DNA of 63,866 nt, filler included, from Chiloscyllium plagiosum (taxonomy: Eukaryota): NCBI RefSeq assembly GCF_004010195.1. It is 3 parts of one record of this genome, joined end to end, with 100 filler letters (N's around TTAATTAATTAA, not from the genome) between each part and the next. Parts side by side here need not be neighbours in the genome. Positions count along the whole stretch, not along the records: positions 1 to 27,518 come from NC_057711.1; 2 more parts are not named here. One strand, 5' to 3'. Positions 12,889 through 23,909 of this stretch are shown here, in pieces. The position numbers and the translations under genes are program-made. Under the pieces are notes generated by a model. The model worked only from the letters and a program-made list of their open reading frames with translations. It ran no database searches and was not told where the DNA came from. Each line of letters begins with the position of its first letter. Position 1 is the first letter of the stretch.

Positions 12889-13119
12889 TTGAAATCTTCA
12901 AGGAGAAAGTGAGGTTTGCAGATGCTGGAGATCAGAACTGAAAATGTGTTGCTGGTAAAGCACAGCAGGTCAGGCAGCATCCAAGGAACAGGAGAATCGA
13001 CGTTTCGGGCATAAGCCCTTCATTCCTGATGAAGGGCTTATGCCCGAAACGTCGATTTTCCTGTTCCTTGGATGCTGCCTGACCTGCTGTGCTTTACCAG
13101 CAACACATTTTCAGCTCAG
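12889..13119. mobile_element. Fold-back (palindromic) non-autonomous PLE derivative
   Basis: Inverted arms of ~86 bp (12938-13023 / 13029-13114) around a 5-nt spacer. 13-bp TSD TACAGGAT(A/G)TAGG at 12876-12888 and 13120-13132. Confidence 0.85.
13026..13053 (+). ncRNA. Minimal type-I hammerhead ribozyme-like motif
   Basis: CTGATGA-A-GGGC-TTAT-GCCC-GAAA-CGTC: conserved core, 4-bp stem II, palindromic ACGU in place of stem III, and a GUC cleavage triplet. Stem I pairing is weak. Confidence 0.6.
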
Positions 13120-13667
13120 TACAGGATGTAGGCCCCACTGGCTAGTGCAGCATTTATTGCCCATTCCTATTTATGCTGGAGAAGATGGCAAAATGGCAGT
13201 GAGATTCAGTTTGAACAACTGAGTTGGAAAAGATTATCGATAATGCAAGCTTTTGGAAAGCACACGTGACTGCCAGATATCCTCAAAAATAAAGTACAAT
13301 GTTAAATAATTGCAATGTTGACTATATAGCTCTCATTGGACTAAATTATGATTAGAAGAGTGGCTTTGACAGCTTCCAATAACTAGAATATTAATTGCTC
13401 CATTAGCCTCCATTATATTACCTTACGGACTTGGTTGCCTTCCAATATTTGCTCACAACGTCAAAAGGATTCAGAAGCTAGCAGCAATACTGCATCTTGT
13501 ACAGTTGCAGTTGCTACAATTTATAAGTGATCTGTTGAATGAAGCCTGATCAATGGATTTTTCAAAAAGAATTCCTTGCAAATCATGTTACTCAAAACAA
13601 TAGCCTTAGAAGCTTGAATGTTACTATATCTAAAATGCTTCGTAATTTAGCTTCACTGCTTACATAC

Positions 13668-13766
13668 CTGACCAATCTGTATGTGAGTCTCTTCTATTGA
13701 TTGTGCAAAAGAACTCAATATTTCTTTCATGTGCCTAAGATGAGCTTCTTCAATTTCCTGAAATTT
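13668..13766 (-). CDS. FCHO2: FCHO2-like F-BAR protein, internal exon ([33 protein letters not shown]), 99 nt
   Basis: Acceptor ctctttag and donor gtatgt, phase 0-0. Matches FCHO-family KFQDIEETHL.H.KEI...IGQ. Confidence 0.88.
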
Positions 13767-15179
13767 CTAAAGAGCAAAAAAAACCACAACAATGTTTAAA
13801 ATAAAATGAAATTCCACATTTTAAATCTAAATAAAAAGGAAAATTTTATATCAAAGACTGAAATACAAAATAAATTAAGCTATCAATATGCATTTAATTG
13901 GTTGCTGCAAGAGATGCTGTTTTTAAAGATTGATAGCAAATAGAATATAGATCACAGGTTAAAAATGCAAGATGGAACACATTTAACGAATTTGTAGGCC
14001 CAGTTTAAACAAAAAGTCCAAGGCAAATAAAATCCAGGCCATTTTGTATCATTAAGTTTTCAGTTATATTATTTAAGAGAATCCAGAAACCTAGAGAATG
14101 AAGTGTTAAATAGTGGACAGCTAGGGTCCAAACCCATTTGTCATAATTACTCTTAAAGCACCCAAATGATGACAAAGCAATTGCTTATGATCAGTAGATA
14201 TGGTGGTATCTTATGAGCTTTGAAGGTGTAATATTACCCAATATTAGAACCATTCTCATAGCAAATACAAAGTAACAAGCAGTAGCTTTTTTACAGCAAA
14301 ATTCTAATTCATGATACTTATTTTAAAAATTCCATTCATAATGCAGATGTAATATTTTTATAAAACATTTACACCATCACTCACCGACGTCTATCCTATT
14401 TTTCTCAATCTCTTACATACCTTCTAAAAGCCCGTATGTAAGCTTCAGAAACAAAAAAGAAAAAGAAAGATTTTATCCTGGTAACCATTCACACTGCTCC
14501 TTTAAGAGCTGTATTCCTTCCCTAATGGTAGGCTTTTTAATATGATCAATCCAACACCGATGACGTACATTTTGAATATAATTTTAAGGTGACATTGGTA
14601 CCACGGGTGAGGACATCTCCTTTTGCTTTGAGGCTATATTCAAATATTACAAAGACCAAAATGATGATTATCACTTTCCTATACTGGATGACAGATACTA
14701 AACAAATACAGGTAATACAAACTTGTGCCCTGAGTCTAATGCATTAAATGAGCCTTATTCAGCACAGAATTTGGAGCTCGTATGGATGCTTAGTTCAGGA
14801 AATGGAAACATGTGCATTACAGCGAGACTACTCATTTTCAATTGTGGCCTTAAAGACCATTACAAGTTATTGATGTTAATACTTTCTCCATGATCCCAAC
14901 ATTCCTTGCTGTCTCCTGTTCCGCCTGAAAGCAACAACTTATAACCTTAAATGCAACAGCAATTGATAGTTCTTGTCCATGTATTTTCATGTAAACCTAG
15001 GTACTGAGTTTCTGATTGTTCAGGCTTAAAGTTAAGTCAAACTCAAACCTTATTCGAGACGTGATCCTGTAATTCATTTTGGCCCACACTGATTATGTTG
15101 ATATGTCGTTAACTCAGTAAACCTGATGAGGGACAAATTAAGTAACAGCAACAAATAAAAGCCAGATAACATATTCTTA

Positions 15180-16440
15180 TTCGAACATAAGGACCACGAG
15201 AAGGATGGGCAGTTCATCCCCCGGAGCCTGCTCTGTCATTTAATACGATCACGACTGATCTCATTTTGGCCTCAAATCCACTTTCCTGCATGCTCACCAT
15301 AACCCTTTAACCTGTTACTAAATCAAATATCAGTCTATCACCTACTTAAATTTATTCAGTTTCCTAGCGGACAATGCACTCTGGGGTAGTGCATTCCACA
15401 GATTCAGGATCCTTTGACAGAAGTAATTTTTTATCTGTTTAAATCTGTCACTCATTAGCCTAAACTATGACCTCTTATTCTAGGTTGCCCCAAAAGGAGG
15501 AATATTTGCTCTATGTCTAGTTTGCCAATTCCCTTTAGCATTCTGTATACCTCAATTAGATCTTCTCACATTCTTCTCAACTCTTGAGAGTATAGGCCTA
15601 AATTGCTCAATTTCTCCTCATAAAACAAGCTTCTCACCCCTGGAACTAATCTATTGAACCTTCTATGAACTGACTCCAATTCTGACTACAACCAACTTCA
15701 ACTGACTACATTCTTCCTCAAATGAGGACACCAAAACTGAACACATGATTCTAGGTGCAATCTCACTGATGCTTTATACAGGTACAGGGATATTTCCATA
15801 TTTTTATACTCCATTCTTTGAGTATTCAATGCCAAAATTCCATTTGCCATCCTTATTACCTGCTATACCTGCACACTAGTTTATCCATGAGGACATCCGC
15901 TCCCTTTCCACACCAAAACATTTTGAAGTTTCTCTCCACTTAATAAGTTGCCTTTTTATTCTTCTTACAAAATGGATAACCTCACACTAAGTCACATTAG
16001 GTGAACTGGCCAAAATTTGGCAGATGGAGCCTAATCTATTCATATATTAGGATGCAGCACGGTAGCAATGTTACCTCTTGGCTCCAGTCCCTTGGGCAAC
16101 TGTCTATATGGAGTTTGCATTGTATTGCACTGGGTTCTCTGATTTCCTTCCAAAGTCAAAAGATGTGTAAGTTAGTTGGATTTGCCATATTGAATTGCCC
16201 CATAGCATCCAGGGATGTGCAGGTCAGGTGGGTTAGCCATGGTAAATGCGGGGTTATGGGAACAGAGTAGGCTCTGGGTGGGATGCTGTTTGGATGGTCA
16301 GTGCAAACTTGATGGGCTGAATGGCCTCTTTGCACACTTTAGGGTTTCTATGATTCTTCTGTGATATCCATTGCAAGTTTCCTACTTCTTCATTGCAATT
16401 TTCTTGCCCATCTATTTTAGTGTAATCTACAAACTTGGCT
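15180..16440 (-). mobile_element. CR1-clade LINE 3' fragment interrupted by an HE1 SINE
   Basis: Reverse-complement CR1 3' end beginning GAACATAAGG. RT-region sequence resumes after 16355. Confidence 0.7.
16050..16357 (+). mobile_element. HE1-type V-SINE (older copy)
   Basis: V-domain GGAGTTTGCA...TTTCCTTCC...AAAGATGTG..GTTAG...GGTCAGGTGGGTTAGCCATGGTAAATG and an HER1-like tail GATGGGCTGAATGGCCTC...TTCTATGATTCT. Confidence 0.75.
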
Positions 16441-16987
16441 CATTTGGAAACAGATTTCCTAAAGGTGTAAAATCCTTTTTTAAAAAATATACTAAACACC
16501 CAAATTGAGATAATTCAGAAACCAAGTTTAACTTAGAAAAGAAAATTGGGCTTAAAAATCTTTGTAATTTTATTTTTTGTATACGTAACCCAAAATCTCC
16601 ATCAATAAACTATTACATAACATATATAGCAATTCTCCTTCCAGTATTCCCTCATGTCACTTTGTCCTAATTCATATATCAGAATACTATTTCCATGATC
16701 CTCATTTGCCTTTCTTATTCTCAAAGACTAAATCATCAGCATTTTCTTGTATTTTTATTCATGGTTCTTTAATCATTGTTCCTGATCACAAGTTGAAAAA
16801 TTCACCTCCCTGCCCACATAACTTGAGGCTGTTAGGATGCTGTAATTCTGAGGAGTAGAGGAGGAATTCCTAGAGTGTGTATGAGATGGTTTTCCTCAAT
16901 CAATATGTTAAGGAACCAACTAGAGAACAGGCATCGTAGACTGGAGTACTAATAATGGCAAACCAGCTGTGTGAGGTCCTTTGAGGA

Positions 16988-18240
16988 AGAGTCATAGTCA
17001 TACAACATAGAAATAGGCCCTTCAGCCCACTATATATATATATATGCCAACCAACAAACACCAAACCACACTAATCCCATTTATCTGAACTTGGTCCATA
17101 TTCTACTGTGCCCTGGCATTTTAAGTACTCATCGAGATGCTTCTTAAATGTTGAAAGAGTACCTGCCTCCACCACCCTCTCAGGCAGCAGGTTCCATATA
17201 TCTATCACCTTCTGGATGAAAAAACCTTTTCCTCAAATATCCTTTGAACTACTTGCCCCTCACTTTAAATTTATGTCCTGTGATCTTAAATATGACTGCC
17301 ATACAAAAAAGATTTTCTGATTTACTTTATGCTCTCATAACTTTGTACATCTCAATCTGATCCCTACTCGGCTTCTTTTGCTCCAAGAAAAACAATCCTA
17401 ACCTAACCATTCTCTCCTCATAACTGAGATTCTTCATCCCAGTCAACATCCTGGTGAACCTCCAGTGCAATCATGTCCTTTTGATAGTTTGGTGTCCAGA
17501 ACTGCACACTCTATCTGTGGCCCACCAATGTTCTATAAAGTTATAACAAGACTTCCTTGCTCCTATATTCTATGCTGAAAATGTGTTGCTGAAAAAGCGC
17601 AGCAGGTCAGGCAGCATCCAAGGAGCAGGAGAATCGACGTTTCGGGCAGGAGCCCTTCTTCATCCCAGTGCTCATGCTCGAAACGTTGATTCTCTTGCTC
17701 CTTGGATGCTGCCTGACCTGCTGCGCTTTTCCAGCAACACATTTTCAGCTATGATCTCCAGCATCTGCAGTCCTCACTTTCCTATATTCTATGCCCAAGC
17801 TAATGGAGGTTAGCATCGTGAATACCTTCTTCAGCACCCAACCTGTGCTGACATCTTCAGGGATAAATGGACTTGTACACCAAGGTCCCTTTATTCCTCA
17901 GTGCTTCCTAGGAACCCAGCATTCATTGTATATATCTTTCCCTCATTAGACGTCAAAAGCTGCATCACCTTATATTTATTGGGATTAAATTCCATCAACC
18001 ATTGCTGTGCCCAATTTACCAGTTGATCATTATCAGACTGCAAAATGAAACCATCCTCCTCATTTTCAACAACATCCTCACTAACTGTGTCATCTGCAAA
18101 CTTATTAATTAAACCCTTTACATTTACATCCAAGTCATTAAAGTACATACAAACAGCAAGGCTCCCAGCATCGATCCCTGTAGTACACTGCTGGTCACAG
18201 GGTTCCGATCACAAAAACCATCATTACCCTTTGTCTGCTT
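16988..18240 (-). mobile_element. CR1-clade LINE 3' fragment
   Basis: Tail AGAGTCATAGTCATA. ORF 17891-18148 encodes NDLDVNVKGLINKFADDT...WLMEFNPNK (RT YADD-equivalent). Confidence 0.85.
17576..17779. mobile_element. Fold-back PLE derivative nested in CR1
   Basis: Inverted arms GCTGAAAATGTGTTGCTG.../...CAGCAACACATTTTCAGC. Perfect 15-bp TSD TCCTATATTCTATGC at 17561-17575 and 17780-17794. Confidence 0.85.
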
Positions 18241-19318
18241 TTAAAAGCTAATTTGGATCTAGTTTCATACTTTGGCCACCAATCCTGAAACCTCCAGATG
18301 TGAGCCTTAGTTCATTTTTAGCATCCATGTATCTCAAGTCAGAAAACCATGGATTCAAGCCTGATTTCAGAAATTCAGGACATAATTTTGGTTGGCATTT
18401 AGGCATAGTATTAAGTAAGGTGCGGTCTTCTAGATAAGGTTTTAAACATACAACTGTTTGTCCTCCCAACATTAATAGCTATAAAGCTCTTTGGAATTTT
18501 CTGGAGTTGTGATAAGTGCTATGTAAAAGCAAAGTCATTGTTTCAAAATTGCTGTTGTTGTACTTCCCCTTCAAAAACTCTGATGCTCAATAACCATCCA
18601 CTCCAATTGCCCCTCGCTGTCCAAATTTTCTATCCTCTCCACTCACTCCCCAGCTTTGCAATCTGAGCCTGGTAGGATGGTATCATTCTGATCCCAGTGG
18701 CAAGTCAAGTACTATCAGCATAAATGCTTCACTGCAACAAGATTTCTGCTGTTGACAACTTCCCTGTGTATAATTTAATTTGACAATTTCGCTGATGGAA
18801 ACAAAGCAATCGTCTTCATAGAAATTTCCCCTACTATGAGCTTTTTCCTAAATTCTATCCTTTCCACAACTGCTCCTCTGTATCCCCACTGGCCTAATTC
18901 TACTGCCTCTTTCATGGGAAGGCTGAAGATGAAGCTGATCCCATTTTTAAACGTGTTATTTGAATTTCTCATTTGATGTAACAAAAACCTCTATTAGCTT
19001 GCCTGAGTTCCTCATGAGCATTATAGAAAGTTGTAGCACAGAAACAGCATTCAGCCAACACACATGCAAAAACAGCTATCAAGTCTTATCTCACTCTGGA
19101 GAACTAAGTGCATATTCAACTATTCTACAAATGTGGTGAGTGTTTCTGCCTCTACCAACATATCAGTCAGGGAGCTCCAACAATCACCAACAGGAAGGAC
19201 AGGAAATTCAACTTCCTTGAAACTGCTGTAACACTTGGTTAACCATGCAGCTCATTACAGAAATGGATTCACTGCTTGCGCCCTTCTCTCTCGATAAGTT
19301 GCTTATCAGGACAGTTTG

Positions 19319-19887
19319 AGGAGGAAGTGAGATCTGCAGATGCTGGAGATCAGAGCTGGAAATGTGTTGCTGGAAAAGCGCAGCAGGTCAGGCAGCATCC
19401 AGGGAACAGGAGAATCGACGTTTCGGGCATAAGCCCTTCTTCAGGAATGAGGAAAGTTTGTCCAGCAGGCTAAAATAAAAGGTATTGAGGAGGGACTTGG
19501 GGGAGGGGCGTCGGAAATGTGATAGGTGGAAAGAGGTCAAGGTGAGGGTGATAGGTCAGACTGGGGTGGGGGCGGAGAGGTCGGGAAGAAGATTGCAGGT
19601 TAGGAAGGCGGTGCTGAATTTGATGGATTTGACTGAGACAGGGTGGGGGGAGGGGAAATGAGGAAACTGGTGAAATCCGAGTTCATCCCTTGTGGTTGGA
19701 GGGTTCCTAGGCGGAAGATGAGGCGTTCTTCCTCCAACCGTCGTTTTGTTGTGGTCTGACGATGGAGGAGTCCAAAGACCTGCATATCCTTGGTGGAGTG
19801 GGAGGGGGAATTGAAATGTTGAGCCACAGGGTGGTTGGGTTGGTTGGTCCGGGTGTCCCAGAGGTGTTCTCTGAAACGCTCCGCAAG
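19319..19887 (-). mobile_element. 5'-truncated Penelope-like element with C-terminal GIY-YIG endonuclease coding sequence and 3' terminal repeat
   Basis: ORF 19600-19926 contains LAERFREHL...HPVAQHFNSPSH...RRLEEERLIFRLGTLQPQGMN (GIY-YIG C-terminal half). Perfect 15-bp TSD TATCAGGACAGTTTG at 19304-19318 and 19888-19902. Confidence 0.88.
19417..19444 (-). ncRNA. Minimal hammerhead ribozyme-like motif in PLE 3' repeat
   Basis: Minus strand reads CTGAAGA-A-GGGC-TTAT-GCCC-GAAA-CGTC, on the same (sense) strand as the GIY-YIG ORF. Confidence 0.6.
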
Positions 19888-20176
19888 TATCAGGACAGTT
19901 TGCATGAATAGACTACAATTTTTCATCCCAGTTTAAATTGGTAGAGAATCATGTGCTGCAAGTTCAATGTTTATGCCAAAAGTTTGCAAATGGAAATTGT
20001 AAAATCGTCTTAGCCTCCATTTTAATAGATATAATTTATGTATTTCTAGTGTGTAAAGACATGCAGATATGAACAATCAAATTCTTAACTGGACTCCATG
20101 TGACTTGAGCTTCTTAATAAATTAGATAGCAAATCATATAGTTCACACCAATTATTAGCCAGCATACAATACATAC

Positions 20177-20281
20177 CCGAGCTGTTTCTGTCATTTTCTG
20201 CTCAAAATCTGTTCTGGCTGCAGCATATTTTTCCACATACAATTTATAAGTTTCTGTAGCTTTTTTAGATTTCACAACTGC
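20177..20281 (-). CDS. FCHO2: FCHO2-like F-BAR protein, internal exon ([35 protein letters not shown]), 105 nt
   Basis: Acceptor gtgtttag and donor gtatgt, phase 0-0. Close to recalled human FCHO2 [35 protein letters not shown]. Confidence 0.9.
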
Positions 20282-20389
20282 CTAAACACAACACAAAAGA
20301 CAAAAAAAAACTATTAACTACTGAAACATTTCCAATTCGAAACGGGTTATATGCATTCTTACAGAGCTAGGCAGTACATGAAATTTAAA

Positions 20390-20570
20390 GCAGTAGATTG
20401 CCATAGTCATACCAGGTGGTTGCTGGTGGTGGTTTATCCGAAGGGTCACCATGCCTCAGTTGAGGGGAGAGGTTGAGATGGAGAATCCTTCATGGCAACC
20501 TCAGTTAGTGCAGGAATTGAACCCATGCTGTTAGTTTCACTTTTCATTGCAAACCAGCAGTCCAGTAAGT
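20390..20570 (-). mobile_element. Short tRNA-derived SINE (unassigned; same family as 31795-32000)
   Basis: Minus strand reads GCTGGTTTGCAATG...AACAGCATGGGTTCAATTCC (B box)...GAGGTTGCCATGAAGG...GACTATGGC, homologous to the plus-strand copy at 31.8 kb. Confidence 0.65.
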
Positions 20571-20692
20571 AAAGACGTAGAACATACAATTACAAGTACT
20601 TTAACTTCTGCTTCCGTTTTAAACTGAACATACTGTTACTATTGTGTTAGGAACTGTTAACATTTAGCAAAGCGTGAACACCAAGTAATTAG

Positions 20693-20849
20693 TCATCGTT
20701 GAAAAGTGTGGCACTGGAAAATCCCTTCCTGATGAAGGACTTTTGCCCGAGATGTCGTCTCTCCTGCTCCTTGGATGCTGCCTGACCTGCTGTGCTTTTC
20801 CAGCGCCACAAGTTTTGACTCTGATCTCCAGCATCTGCAGTCCTCACTT
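20693..20849 (+). mobile_element. Short PLE derivative with degenerate hammerhead core
   Basis: CTGATGAAGGACTTTTGCCCGAGATGTC at 20729-20756. 15-bp TSD ACAC(C/A)AAGTAATTAG at 20678-20692 and 20850-20864. Confidence 0.75.
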
Positions 20850-21280
20850 ACACAAAGTAATTAGCCAACAGAAATACACCTCAAGATTTCATATTTAAGC
20901 AGTGGTCTAATAATGGATCAGCGATTCTTCATCTTATTAACTATCAATTTCATCTTCAACTATCAACATTGATCTTGTAACACAAGTTAATTAAAATGTA
21001 GGCATCCTTGTTGTCCTTCAGAAGGTGGTAGTGTACTTCCTTCTTGAACTGCTATGATCCATTTAGTCACTACAATTTCCCAAGTACATTATAAGCTTTG
21101 TTACTGTAACACCTCTCCCAAAGGATGAAAGATTATCACCAAACTGTTGATTCTTCTACAATACCACCCAAATTATAACATACTACAATCTTTAACAACT
21201 AATTTATTACATACTATGTAGTAATCTTTTCCCTTCTGTCACAGTTCACCATTGCAAAATGCACATCAACATATTTATAC

Positions 21281-21588
21281 AGATTAGATTAGATTAGATT
21301 AATTACAGTGTGGAAACAGGACCTTCGCCCCAACAAGTTCACACCGATCCTCCGAAGAGCAACCCCTACCCTTACCCCTTCACCTAACACTACGGGCAAT
21401 TTAGCATGGCCAATTCACCTAACCTGTACATTTTTTGACTGTGGGAGGAAACCGGAGCACCCGGAGGAAACCCACGCAGACACGGGGAGAATGTGCAAAC
21501 TCCACACAGTCGCCAGAGGCGGGATATTGAACCTGGGTCTCTGGCGCTGTGAGGCAGCAGTGCTAACCAGTGTGCCACCGTGCCACCC
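21281..21588 (-). mobile_element. HE1-type V-SINE, near full length
   Basis: Minus strand: GGGTGGCACGGTGGCACACTGGTTAGCACTGCTGCCTCACAGCGCCAGAGACCCAGGTTCAAT (tRNA head), V-domain GGAGTTTGCACATTCTCCCCGTGTCTGCGTGGGTTTCCTCC, and (TAATC)n tail. Confidence 0.9.
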
Positions 21589-21984
21589 GTAAATCCAGTA
21601 TGACAATCAAAATCGACAGTATACATCTTGTATGCATCCTTAAAGTTCTTTGTCTCATATAAAATGAGAATTTTCATCATTGTTAGTGGCTTTGTCTTCT
21701 GTTAGTAGCACAGTTCTGTTTGCTCAGCACAGTTTATACAGTTTTCCAGTTTCATTGACAAGGATGGCATAATCAGTTTGCACTGGATATTTCTGTTAAA
21801 ACACAGTGTAAATTGTTGCGATTAATTTTTTAAAAACACTATTAGGTATAAACTCTAAATCATGATAAAATCTTCCATCACAACTCCTTTTATGTCACTT
21901 TGTTCTTTTTTAGAATTGTTTAGATTGTTAACATGGTGTTGATTTTTAAGTACAGGTTTTGAACCATCTTGTTCTAGATTTACA

Positions 21985-23098
21985 TGAATTTCAGTAAGCT
22001 TTTCACAAAGTTCCATGTGGAAGGTAGTTCCAAAACATAAGAGCTGGTGGGATCTAATGGCAAGGTGGCAAACTGAATCTAAAATTGGCTTACAAATAGA
22101 AGACAAAGGTTAATGCTCAAGGATTGTTTTTGTAATTGGAAGCCTGTGACCAGCAGTGTGCTTCAGGAATTGGAACTGGAACCCTTGCTGTTTGTTATGT
22201 ACATTAATGATTTGGATGTAAATGTAGAAGGTTTAACTAATAAATTAGCAGATGACATAAAAATTGGGGTATTGTTGATAGAGAGGAGGTTGGTCTCGAG
22301 CTACAGTCTGATATTGATCAGCTGGTAAATGGGCAGAGCAATGGCTGATGGAATTTAATCCCAATAAGAGCAACGTAATGCATTTTGGGAGGTCTAATGA
22401 AGGAAAGATATACACAATGAATGCTATGTTTTTAGGGAGCACTGAGGAATCAAGGGACCTTTGTGTACAAGGTTTCAGCACAGATAGGATGGTGAAAAAG
22501 GCTTAAGGGATGCTAACCATCATTATCTGGAGTGTGGAATATAGAAACAAGGAAGTCTTGTTGCAACTTTATATAACATTGATTTGGCCACAGATAATAT
22601 TCTATGAGCTGTTCTGGACAGCACAGCATAGAAAGGATGCGATTGCACTGGAGAGGGTGCAGAGGAGGTTTACCAAGATGTTGCCTGGGATGAAAGATCT
22701 CAGTTAGGAGGAGAGACTGGTTGGGTTGGGTTTATTTTCTTTGGAGCAGAGGAGGCTGAGGGGAGATCTGATTGAGGTTTACAAAATTATGAGAGGGATA
22801 CACAGGGGACCGTGAGAATCTCTTCTCCATGGCAGAAGTATCTAAGACCAGAGGGCATAAGCTTAAGGTGAGGAGTAAATGGTTTTCACCCAGAGTGTCA
22901 GATATATGGAGCATGCTGCCCGAGCTTAGTAGAGGCAGTTAGTCTTGCAAAATTTAAGAAGCATATGAATGAGTACTTAAAATGCCTGGGCATAGGAGGC
23001 TATGGATCAAACGGGATTAATGTATTTTGCCGTTTGTTAGTCTGCATAGACATGGTGGTCCAAATAGCCTGTTTCTATGGTGTATAACTCTATGACTC
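21985..23098 (+). mobile_element. CR1-clade LINE 3' ~1.1 kb
   Basis: ORF fragments VTSSVLQ...PLLFVMYINDLD...KLADDIK and LERVQRRFTKMLPG, ending in an ACTCTATGACTC tail. Confidence 0.85.
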
Positions 23099-23674
23099 CA
23101 TCTCCATTATCAGATATGCCTGTAGGTACTTCAATGTACAGATCTGTAAACAGAGTCTCAGCTATCTTAAATATCTGATGCATCCTCTTTCTGATTAAAC
23201 ATAGTACCTCAATCTTGTTACGATCAAGTGACGATCAGTCAAAAACATTGCAAACTTTTTCCATGTAAGCCTCTGGATCACTGCTGTCTCAAACATTTTA
23301 TAATCTTCAAACTGCTTTCCCAAAAGGATCAAATAACATTCAATGTTACCTTAAGTAAACATCTTGCAGTAAAGTTGCCCAAATTTTGTTCACACATTCT
23401 AACTTTGCAGTAATTTTCTCAAGCACTACAATATATATTACAACCCCTTTCTCACTAAATTTAGGCACTGCGTATCTAAGTATCAATTCAAATATCAAAT
23501 CAAAACCAGTAATGAAAGCAGATTCATAATCAAGGTTCCCTGTTATAACTTATTTGTTAAGTGAAAGCATTCAATCTCCAGTTCAAATATGAAATGCTTC
23601 CCTCCTTTGTAAGTCAAGGGTTTCCTTTTCTTTTGATGTTTTGAAAACTTTTCTTTAAAATTGTTATTCCAGTT

Positions 23675-23905
23675 ATAGAGTCAGAGAGTCATACAGCACG
23701 GAAGAAGACCCTTCAGTCCAACTAGTCCATGCCGAACGTAATCTTAAACTAAACTAGTGCCACCTACCTGCTCCTGGCTCATATCCCTCCAAACATTTCC
23801 TATTTACGTATCTATCCAAATATCCTTTAAAGATTGTAATTGTACCGCATTAACCACTTCCTCAGGAAGTTGATTCCACACGTGAACCACCCTCTGTGTA
23901 AAAGA
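23675..23905 (-). mobile_element. CR1/HER1 3' end fragment
   Basis: AGAGTCAGAGAGTCATACAGCACGGAAG..GACCCTTCAGTCC (reverse-complement tail and 3'UTR). Confidence 0.75.
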
Positions 23906-23909
23906 AAAT

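Noticed and set aside
12889..13119. Palindromic repeats read as DNA-transposon MITEs or CRISPR-like repeats
   Set aside because: They are dispersed rather than arrayed with spacers, TSDs are long and variable, arms are asymmetric, and one copy is attached to a GIY-YIG ORF, so they are PLE-derived.
21281..21588. tRNA gene
   Set aside because: tRNA-like A/B boxes belong to an HE1 SINE head followed by a V-domain and LINE tail. No complete cloverleaf.
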